Assembly: GCA_964036045.1 (NCBI GenBank)
Contig: OZ038378.1
Location: forward strand, 130,448,001 to 130,512,000
Reading direction: 5' to 3'
DNA: 64,000 nt
Source of the DNA: Eutreptiella sp. 'Long Island Sound 2002'
Taxonomy: Eukaryota > Protista > Euglenida
Part shown: one piece after another, positions 1 through 7,733 of the stretch
Numbering within the stretch: the stretch's first letter is position 1
Layout of the letters: every line of letters begins with the position of its first letter
Translations under genes and position numbers: made by a program
The notes under the pieces: generated by a model
The model's input: the letters and a program-made list of their open reading frames with translations, nothing else
Told to the model about the DNA's origin: nothing
Database searches by the model: none

Positions 1-1176
1 CCCGTGTGAGAACAACACACAATTTTGGAACACTACTTCCACTTGATGTGGGGCAATGTTGGGAAGAATCCGAACCATTCTCAAGAGTTTGCCGTCAAAA
101 ATGTGCAATAAAATTGTCAAGTACCCAGCATTACCCCTGGTTCAAAGCATTCACAAGTGCCTCTGCAGCCCTGCACCTGCTGATCACGCGTGTTGTCGGC
201 ATCCATGAATTCCCTTAACTCCTTTGCCAATGGGGATCTAGTTCAGCTTCCTCGGCCATTGCTGGTTCATCTTCTCCAAAGCGGTGCTTTTCAAGCTCAT
301 CTAAATCGGACATGTAGGTATTGAAGAAGGTGGAGTCTATGATTTCTTCGGCCATAAGAACTTGTGCAAAAAGTCGCAAACACTCAAGGGAATACCCACG
401 TCTGTGGGCATTGTTTAAAGGTTCTCTTGCGTCCTACTTACAACCGTGAAACAATCCTCGATGAATACACTCCTCCATGTCTGTTTTACTGACATTGTTG
501 GAAGAGAGGAATTTTCGTTCGTGGTCTACTTTTGTGAAGGGCTGCGACACTAATATCTTTTGCAAGAAATACAATTCGGCATCTTCTCCATACGGGAGGT
601 AAAAGTGCAACTTGTGGATCGCAGTTCGCCTTCGCAGAGTCCACTTTTTTCCCACTCGTTTGTGAATGTCTTCTCCAATTTGTTTGGCGGTGCCGACCAC
701 CAATATGGTCGTTCACCCTCATCCGGACATACATTTGCTTGAAAACGATCTCCGCTCGCCACGTCATGTGATTCACTAGAAGGATAATCATACACAAAGT
801 CCTCGGCGGGGTTGCTTGCTATAGTGTTGGTGCCTCCGCGTTCACCTTGTGTTCGCCGATAATAGCGATAGTAGTTGGGGTACTTGATGGGGTTTTTAGC
901 AATTGGGCGCTCCAACTATTGGTCATAGAGATCCAAATACCAAACGTCTGTTGACGTATCTTCGTCCGGGAGATGCTTTCGACGCTTCTGCTGTCCTAGT
1001 TTTAGTTATGGATATGTTGGAATCCATACCACCTCTCCGCTACCCCTACATTGATGACGTCCTAAGAGCATCATTCCGTTCTCCATGCGTCCCAATGAAC
1101 GCAGCTTGTGCAGACGCTCCACCTCGCTTGCATCAAGAGAGATGGTGATGGGCACTGTCAACATTTTTGCGTGCGT
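1..1176 (-). pseudogene. Helitron RepHel remnant, downstream part (end of Rep, linker, start of Pif1 helicase; Walker A would fall just off the left edge)
   Basis: Minus-strand fragments continue the Rep sequence interrupted at 7733: HAKMLTVPITISLDASEVER..LGRMENGMMLLGRHQCRGSGEVVWIPTYP. Later fragments are ALVNALNQG*CWVLDNFIAHF and ..PKLCVVLTR at the window edge. Several stops and frameshifts. Confidence 0.75.
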
Positions 1177-1347
1177 CAGTCCTAGTGAAATTATGAGCTG
1201 AGGTTGCCATTGGACGAAAGGTTGGGGTACAGACAAAGCCATATCATTGTCACTGTTGTCTCAGACCTCAACATGCTTCACTAATTTGTTTGCTTTTGCT
1301 TTGTTGTGATCAGTCCGTGTCTTCGTCCTCAACTCTTCCCTAAGTTC
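1175..1347 (+). repeat. PLE-1 left pseudo-LTR (173 bp)
   Basis: Near-identical to 7524-7733 except for a net 37-bp internal deletion and one substitution. Confidence 0.95.
1208..1319 (+). ncRNA. Candidate type-II hammerhead ribozyme, G3:C8 core variant (left copy)
   Basis: ggac-GAAA-ggtt ... gacc-TC-aaca ... tgtt-GTGATCA-gtcc. Stems II, III and I all pair. Predicted cleavage after 1269. Confidence 0.65.
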
Positions 1348-1405
1348 TGATCTATCATTGCCGAATTTAAAGGCGTGAGGCGTCCCGAAACACCACCTTC
1401 ACATC

Positions 1406-3454
1406 ATGTCTGACTCCATCGATTTGAGTGCCGCGATTTCGAAACAGCTTGACAAACTCATCCACCAACGCCTGCAAGCGGCTCTTGCCGGCGACGACAA
1501 CCGATCGGAACGACGCGCTGCCCAAGGGCCCAACCCCGGACAGGCTAAGAAGGCCACGAAGCCCAAGAAGACGAAGTCCTCGCGGCCTCTGCAACTGGAT
1601 GACTCGGACAATGACAGACTTGCTGCCGAAGCTAACGGGCCTGCCGTGCAGCCGGTTACACAATTGGTTAACGGTGGGCCCGGTGGGGAACCTGCATCTG
1701 TGACTGCATGGTCTCAGAATAATCCCTGCTACTTATGCCTGCGATTTGGCTGTGTGGCACGCCGCCACGGCAATGGATCTTGGGACAACGGCACCAAGCA
1801 TCATTGGGAGCAGCACAGGGCCATTTGGACCGCCGTTCGGGGATTCATGCAGATAGGCCTCAGTCTGCATGATGCGGCACATCGTTTGCAGATTGATGTC
1901 CAGGGCCTGAACAAGCTGAAGGGACAGAAGTTGGCCTCTGAGATTGTGCTGCGCGCGGGTGGCCTCGGGGCATGGCCAGAGGAAGCAGCCGTGGTGCCTG
2001 ACAACACGTCCAAGTCTCTGAGGATGCATCCCACTCTACAGCCTGTTGCGAATTCCACGACGACGGTCACGGACGATGCACAGCCCATGGACCATTCGGC
2101 TGCCGACAACGAAGCGCCAGCGGCCACGCGAGGTTCCAGGGTGCGTGGACCTAGGAGGAGACGGAAAGCGGACACCGCGTCCTCGCCCTCTGGCGCTTCC
2201 GCGGACATGGCCCCTGCCACCCGGGGATTTGTTCCACCGCCGCCTACGTTCGCCGCGCCTTCTTTTGACTTTGGGCCCTCCGCGCCACCCACGACGTCCG
2301 CGCCCCCTGCGGCCCCGGTTGACCCTCGCCTGATTAAGCGTGTGGTGCGTCCTGAACACAGTCATGGCGACGGTCAGACAGCTCCCTCTACCCCGTGTCC
2401 CCTGGAAGGGCGTATTGTGAAGGCGGAGCACGACATTACTGCCCTCAAAGGGTCTGTGGCCCAGTTGGAGACAAAATCGTCCGTCTCCATGGCACTTCAG
2501 GTCCGCGCCCTCATGGCCGCCAACGTCCCTCAGGAGGAAATCGACCAGATTGTGCTAAGTGAAACACAGCGGCACCAGGGACAGGTGCCTCCCCCCACGG
2601 TTGGCTCGTCTCTGTCCCCCTTGTCTGGGGGATTGCCCCCGAATCCTGCTCCGCCGTCCCCGGACCCCGCTGATGAGTCGCCGTCCCAAGACCTGCTGGG
2701 TGTGGGGAGTGATGGCAGCCCGGCGTCGGTGGACGACGCGCGCACGGATTGTCCGAAGAGAGCGTTCTGCCCATCGGACCTGGATGACGACCCGGAGGCC
2801 AAGCCTGTGTCAGTCTACAAGCTGGAGGACCTGCTGAGCCGTATCTGCCTGTCTGTGGGTGTTGACTCCCCGCCACAGGCTATCTCGCGGAAAATCGACT
2901 GTGTGCACCTCCTGAGTCACGCTAAGCCTCATGTGGGGCTGTGGGCAGTGGTTCAGGTCCCCGACTGGCTTGCGTTCTTTGCCACACCGTCCCCCGATAT
3001 TCACGGGAACCCTGCTGCGGGAGCTTCCTCGTCGCCCGGGTCCCTAACGTCTCCAGCGCCTCCTGCTAGCATCACTGAACCCCCGGCGGCTACAACTCCC
3101 CCCAAACCCAAGCATGAGTGGGTCGTCCGCCAAGTCCGCAGCCTTGGTACGTCTGAAGTTGACGGTAAAGTCCTGGTTTGCCACGAGTCTCTCCCCCAGA
3201 CCAAGCTTGACTGGGGCAAGGCGCCGCGCGCCCCTCGGCCGTCCGCTGATGAGGTCGGGCGCTGGTACGTACACATGGACCACCTGTTTTTCAGTCGTGA
3301 ACAAGCTCAACTGTGCTGCGAGTGGTACCCCCCATTGCAGCAGATGGGCCTTCACAGGAGGGATGGAACGCTTGATCACGGATTCTCTACGATGCACAGT
3401 CTCTGTGGATTCCAACCCCCTTGCCTCACCCACTGTGAAAATTTGCTCCTCTGA
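1406..3454 (+). CDS. PLE-1 ORF1 (682 aa): CxxC..H..HHW zinc-finger-like motif, Pro/Ala-rich region, coiled coil, C-terminal globular domain
   Basis: Intact ATG-to-stop ORF just inside the pLTR. Motif CYLCLRFGCVARRH..KHHW; heptad-like LEGRIVKAEHDITALKGSVAQLETK. Confidence 0.75.
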   Translation: MSDSIDLSAAISKQLDKLIHQRLQAALAGDDNRSERRAAQGPNPGQAKKATKPKKTKSSRPLQLDDSDNDRLAAEANGPAVQPVTQLVNGGPGGEPASVTAWSQNNPCYLCLRFGCVARRHGNGSWDNGTKHHWEQHRAIWTAVRGFMQIGLSLHDAAHRLQIDVQGLNKLKGQKLASEIVLRAGGLGAWPEEAAVVPDNTSKSLRMHPTLQPVANSTTTVTDDAQPMDHSAADNEAPAATRGSRVRGPRRRRKADTASSPSGASADMAPATRGFVPPPPTFAAPSFDFGPSAPPTTSAPPAAPVDPRLIKRVVRPEHSHGDGQTAPSTPCPLEGRIVKAEHDITALKGSVAQLETKSSVSMALQVRALMAANVPQEEIDQIVLSETQRHQGQVPPPTVGSSLSPLSGGLPPNPAPPSPDPADESPSQDLLGVGSDGSPASVDDARTDCPKRAFCPSDLDDDPEAKPVSVYKLEDLLSRICLSVGVDSPPQAISRKIDCVHLLSHAKPHVGLWAVVQVPDWLAFFATPSPDIHGNPAAGASSSPGSLTSPAPPASITEPPAATTPPKPKHEWVVRQVRSLGTSEVDGKVLVCHESLPQTKLDWGKAPRAPRPSADEVGRWYVHMDHLFFSREQAQLCCEWYPPLQQMGLHRRDGTLDHGFSTMHSLCGFQPPCLTHCENLLL

Positions 3455-3467
3455 CGCACCACCCGCG

Positions 3468-4040
3468 ATGTTACGTGCTGAGGCACCCACAAATGTTTTT
3501 GTGTGCTCTTATCTGTTCAAACCTGGCACAGCTAGGTACTTGGATACCATACTGCATACCACCACCCATGGTGTTTGTGTAGCCCTTGAGCGAACAACTG
3601 GGAAACCAGCGGCTAAATGGCTGCAGCCGTGGGTGGACTGTGGGCGGGCAATGTGCCTACTAGAAGCAGAGTCCCTGGTCTTCAGACAGTTTGATACCCA
3701 CTCATCGGGAAAGGAGATATGGCACCAGCAATCTGGACTGTGGGAACTCTACTTTATAAAACCCCTGAACCCCCTGGATCTGTCACAATGTATCTCCCTA
3801 TCAAGCCTTACGATAGGACTGCAAAACATCACGCAGTCTATTCGTAAGAGGGGTCACTGTGCACAATGCTTCCTCCCCACACCCGCCGACATGCATCCTG
3901 CCAACTCTGATGACCCAGCCCATTGGCAGGCTGTGCAGAAGTTTTGGCATCGGTGGGATGAGCTGGCGGCAGAGAGGGAAGCCCTGCTGAAGGACAGGAA
4001 AATTGACTGGGCGAAGATGGCAGAGTTGTACACTGCCTGA
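3468..4040 (+). CDS. PLE-1 ORF2 (~190 aa), unknown function, C-terminal CxxC..H..HW motif
   Basis: First ATG at 3468, 13 nt after the ORF1 stop, within track ORF 3114-4040. Contains HCAQCFLPTPADMHPANSDDPAHW. Fills the gap between ORF1 and ORF3. Confidence 0.6.
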   Translation: MLRAEAPTNVFVCSYLFKPGTARYLDTILHTTTHGVCVALERTTGKPAAKWLQPWVDCGRAMCLLEAESLVFRQFDTHSSGKEIWHQQSGLWELYFIKPLNPLDLSQCISLSSLTIGLQNITQSIRKRGHCAQCFLPTPADMHPANSDDPAHWQAVQKFWHRWDELAAEREALLKDRKIDWAKMAELYTA

Positions 4041-4100
4041 AATTTACTATTGTCAAACTGCCCGGATAGGCGCCTGCAGCGCCTGGCACGCCTTTCCACC

Positions 4101-7100
4101 ATGCCTCTTGACCATCCCCTGACTGTGGCAGATACTCTAGTGTATGTCTTGTATGGGCCCATCTGCCCATATGTTGGGCAGTGTGGCCGTGATAAGCCAC
4201 GTGCCCTCATTCTGCGAATGTCCGAACACGAAGCACGCGCCGCCGCCGTCCGGCGTGCATATCTGGGCAAGAGGGTCACACGTCACAAAACGTTCTTGCG
4301 TTTTCGGCGCCCCCCGTCTGTTTCTCGGGCCATGGCGCAATTGACACCAGGGAAAATGTCCATCCTTCGTGTGCAACAGACCTCTCGTGCTAAACTTAAT
4401 GGACTGGAGCATAAGTGGGACTGCCTGATGTACCCCACCCTCAATGCGGTCGCCCCGCGCAAAGATGCCTCCTCCATTTTCTGGGAGGGGGTGTTTACGC
4501 AAAAGGCTTTCCCGACCCGATGCTCTTACACCGCCAGGTATGTGAATGACATCCTACAGTCCAAGGGTCTTAAGCACTCGATGGATGAATTGTTTCACTG
4601 CTTATCCACCTGTTGGCCTTTTGTGCATGATAAGCTGTACCAGCGTTTGTTTCGCGTTGTGTCCAAGAGGTTTCATGACACAAGCCTAGCACGCCTGCCC
4701 AGAAGGATCACCATTCGTGTGCCCCCCCTCAGCAAGGAAATCCAGCACAGGACCAGAACTTTAGTCAAGGGCAGAATTATGCAGAGCAGTGCGCCGGCAC
4801 CACTGAAACAATGGTACACCACAGCCATTAACTTGGTGCCCCTACGCCTGCCTAAGGTACAGGGTGCGTTGTCCACCAGGCCCCGCCTGAGATTCACAGC
4901 GCAGTGTGTATCCGCGCTACAAAAGATTGTGTCACCAGGCCAGTGCACTGCGTATATCCTGCCTGGGACGTACACTGTAAGCGCTTTGTCTGAGCGCCAG
5001 ACGACCAAACTGCGCCAATTGTTGCTACATTGTCTCCATACTCGACGGTGCAAGTGTGCGCGCCTAATGCGCCAGCATCCGTGTCTCCGGAATAATCTGG
5101 GACATATCCTGGTCCGGCGTCCAGAACAGTGGGCTGCTCTGACACAAACAGACACGTCCTGTGTACTGAGCCTGCACGCACGCAGTGCACTGTTACCCAC
5201 TGCACGTGACACACAGGTGGCGCTTAATTCCTTCATTCTGTCCCTCCAGTCCATTAGGATTTTGGGCTTACACAGTACGGACCCGTCCACTGTGGGTATG
5301 CCTGGATCATTTTCCTCTGCTGAAATTGCTGACATTGTCAATGAAGTAATGAGCCTAATGCGTCTGGATACCGTGGGCGCTTCGCCCACTTCTGAAAGCG
5401 CTAAGGCCATGGGGGCCGATCTGCGCAAACAGGGTTACGGCATGGGTATCTGGGACCATCATTCTCATACACCTGCGCTGTACTGTAACTACCTGAGCGA
5501 ACAGCGCTTCATCTCTGACATCCTCACAGGGGACAGGTTCACTGTGTGGGGGTGGGCTGACACCCCACAAAGGGCTAGCCTTGCCTGTGCTTATGAAGTA
5601 TTTCAACGGGCCTTTGACTGCGGCCTTGTTCCTGAAATCCTGCACTTGGGGCTACAGACCCGTATCCCTAAAAGTATGGACCAGGTGCTCCCTTACCTCC
5701 ACACATCCATGCAACTCCGCATTTCGGACGGACATCCAAATGACTCCGACAGTGAAGCGGACTCTGTGTCAGCATCACAGGTGTCTTATAGCCTCCCTGC
5801 GGGTCTCAACCTGAGTGCAGGGCGCCCTATCCGGGCGCCGACACTGTCCTCTATCCCCAAGTGGAAGAGCTCAGAACACCTTGTTAGCGGTCCTTTCATG
5901 AAGTGGCGTGACATTCTGAACTTTTCCACAGCGCCCTTGAAAAGGACAGCACAAAATGTGTCGCAATGCCTACAGCTCCTGTTGGTTGAGGTAATTGACA
6001 TTGTCCCTAACATGTGCCTGCCTACATCACTGGGGGTACGTGACATGGTAACCACAGTGAAACGGCTGAGCTCCACAGACACGGTCTTAGCATGGGAGAG
6101 GGATATGGAGGACATGTTTTGGAAAATAGATAAGCAGGAGGTGGAGACAGCCGTCTCGCAGCTCGGACGTGCCCTGCTCAAACATAGGCAATCCACCACG
6201 CTCTTCTATGCTATCCACAGACAGGAGAAGTCGTTCGACCGTGTAGGCACAGGCACTGGACGTGAGTATTGGACCATACCACACGCTTTTGTGGAGAAAT
6301 TTGTTAAATGGGACTTGCACAAGAACGTCGTGTTTGTTGTGGGCTGCCTGATCCTGAGTCAAGGGCAGGGATGTGTGCCAATTGGTGGCCCGCTGTCCGC
6401 GCCACTTGCGGACCTGTGGTGTGCCTGGCGCGAAATGGTATGCCTCGGTAAGGAAGGCCTGCAGGATTTTCAGATATGTGTGGTGCAGGGGTTACAGGCT
6501 GCAGGTGTACAACCCATGCCCACAGTCACTATGGCGCATGACGATCTGTTTATGCCGCTCAGCGCTGTACATGACATGCTGCCTTCGTCACATATGTGGG
6601 CTGCACCGCGATCACAGCGCGTTGGTGCACCAGTCAGTGCGGTCCTCTCGAGTGGGCTTGAGAGTTGGTGGCAGCCCTTACAGTGGGTGGTGGCCTGGCT
6701 GTCGTTCCCTGGTGCTGAAATCCCCCTGCTCCGAATGTCCCTGTGGGATGGGGCAATAGGGGGGCGGCTCCACACAATAGCCAAACATGCTGTGCGGTGT
6801 GACAGGCACTCCATTACTACATTTTTTATGTCCTTTGATGCGGTACAGGCTGTCCTGCCTGACATTGTGCAGCCCCGATCACCTGCTGTTGCGCCGTTCC
6901 CTTATGTGCTTATGGCCAGACTAAAGGACAATGTGTACATTTTGTGTGTCGACATCCCTGACAGGTATGTTCCATCAGTGCGACGCCTCCTGGAGGTGTT
7001 TCTGGACCGCCTGTACCGTATACCCCTGAGGTGGGAGCCCGAAGGCCCGGTGGTCGCGTGGTGCTGTTCCCACATCCTGTGCGGGCCGCATAGAGGCATT

Positions 7101-7550
7101 GGCCTGCTTCGTAAAGGGGTAACATGGGACCTGATGGCTAAAGGACCAGAGCAGGTTGAGTGGTCGAAATGGCTCCCGAAAACTGCACTCAACGCACGCA
7201 TGGTCATGTCTGCATACCTGCCGTCCCTGGCACATCAATCTGTGTGGCATGCGACGACTCTGCCGGAAGTGTTGCAGAATTTTCGGTCAATCTTTATGGG
7301 TGTTGGCGCCCTAGACTACCCTGATGCCTGGTGGAAGCAAACACTAAAATCTGCAATTAGGACACTGCACCTTGGGGACCACATCACGGTCTCCATGTGG
7401 ACTTCCTGGGTCCAGCTGGGCCGGCACTGGACTGTGCTGTGGTCCAGCCACAGGGATGCATGTTACCCTGCACTGCCCGCTGCACATGCATGCAAAGGAC
7501 TGACGGAGGGAGGGTGGGTGGGAGTCAGTCCTAGTGAAATTATGAGCTGA
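4101..7550 (+). CDS. PLE-1 ORF3 (~1149 aa): GIY-YIG endonuclease, CxC linker, PLE-type reverse transcriptase
   Basis: ATG in CCACCATG context. VYVLYGPICPYVGQCGR..RMSEH..LEHKW..TLN (GIY-YIG); RRCKCARL (CxC); IPKWK..KWRDIL (motifs 1/2); ERDMEDMF (A); QGQGCVPIGGPLSAPLA (B'); RLKDNV (C). The stop lies inside the right pLTR. Confidence 0.92.
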   Translation: MPLDHPLTVADTLVYVLYGPICPYVGQCGRDKPRALILRMSEHEARAAAVRRAYLGKRVTRHKTFLRFRRPPSVSRAMAQLTPGKMSILRVQQTSRAKLNGLEHKWDCLMYPTLNAVAPRKDASSIFWEGVFTQKAFPTRCSYTARYVNDILQSKGLKHSMDELFHCLSTCWPFVHDKLYQRLFRVVSKRFHDTSLARLPRRITIRVPPLSKEIQHRTRTLVKGRIMQSSAPAPLKQWYTTAINLVPLRLPKVQGALSTRPRLRFTAQCVSALQKIVSPGQCTAYILPGTYTVSALSERQTTKLRQLLLHCLHTRRCKCARLMRQHPCLRNNLGHILVRRPEQWAALTQTDTSCVLSLHARSALLPTARDTQVALNSFILSLQSIRILGLHSTDPSTVGMPGSFSSAEIADIVNEVMSLMRLDTVGASPTSESAKAMGADLRKQGYGMGIWDHHSHTPALYCNYLSEQRFISDILTGDRFTVWGWADTPQRASLACAYEVFQRAFDCGLVPEILHLGLQTRIPKSMDQVLPYLHTSMQLRISDGHPNDSDSEADSVSASQVSYSLPAGLNLSAGRPIRAPTLSSIPKWKSSEHLVSGPFMKWRDILNFSTAPLKRTAQNVSQCLQLLLVEVIDIVPNMCLPTSLGVRDMVTTVKRLSSTDTVLAWERDMEDMFWKIDKQEVETAVSQLGRALLKHRQSTTLFYAIHRQEKSFDRVGTGTGREYWTIPHAFVEKFVKWDLHKNVVFVVGCLILSQGQGCVPIGGPLSAPLADLWCAWREMVCLGKEGLQDFQICVVQGLQAAGVQPMPTVTMAHDDLFMPLSAVHDMLPSSHMWAAPRSQRVGAPVSAVLSSGLESWWQPLQWVVAWLSFPGAEIPLLRMSLWDGAIGGRLHTIAKHAVRCDRHSITTFFMSFDAVQAVLPDIVQPRSPAVAPFPYVLMARLKDNVYILCVDIPDRYVPSVRRLLEVFLDRLYRIPLRWEPEGPVVAWCCSHILCGPHRGIGLLRKGVTWDLMAKGPEQVEWSKWLPKTALNARMVMSAYLPSLAHQSVWHATTLPEVLQNFRSIFMGVGALDYPDAWWKQTLKSAIRTLHLGDHITVSMWTSWVQLGRHWTVLWSSHRDACYPALPAAHACKGLTEGGWVGVSPSEIMS

Positions 7551-7733
7551 GGTTGCCATTGGACGAAAGGTTGGGGTACAGACAAAGCCATATCCAGTGT
7601 ACTAGCAGTTTGGCGTTGCTGTAGCTTATTGCTTGTCACTGTTGTCTCAGACCTCAACATGCTTCACTGATTTGTTTGCTTTTGCTTTGTTGTGATCAGT
7701 CCGTGTCTTCGTCCTCAACTCTTCCCTAAGTTC
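7524..7733 (+). repeat. PLE-1 right pseudo-LTR (210 bp)
   Basis: Direct repeat of 1175-1347; overlaps the ORF3 stop codon. Confidence 0.95.
7557..7705 (+). ncRNA. Candidate type-II hammerhead ribozyme, G3:C8 core variant (right copy)
   Basis: GAAA 7565-7568, CUC site 7653-7655, core GTGATCA 7692-7698, stem II ggac/gtcc. Confidence 0.65.

Larger units (their letters stand above)
1177..7732 (+). mobile_element. PLE-1: Penelope-like retroelement with N-terminal GIY-YIG (Naiad/Chlamys-type domain order), three ORFs and direct pseudo-LTRs
   Basis: Direct repeats at 1175-1347 and 7524-7733. CGT occurs at both junctions (1174-1176, 7733-7735). Removing the element rejoins the Helitron frame FAKYLT|HAKML. 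ORF3 has GIY-YIG, CxC and RT motifs. Confidence 0.88.

Noticed and set aside
4137-7490. Numerous minus-strand and alternate-frame ORFs overlapping PLE ORF3 (likewise over PLE-2, the LINEs and the YR element)
   Set aside because: Shadow ORFs of GC-rich coding sequence with no motifs.
1177-7732. PLE-1 or PLE-2 as LTR retrotransposons or group II introns
   Set aside because: No TG..CA ends, primer-binding site, protease or integrase. The repeats include the ORF 3' end, and the GIY-YIG/CxC/RT order and motif spacing are PLE-like.
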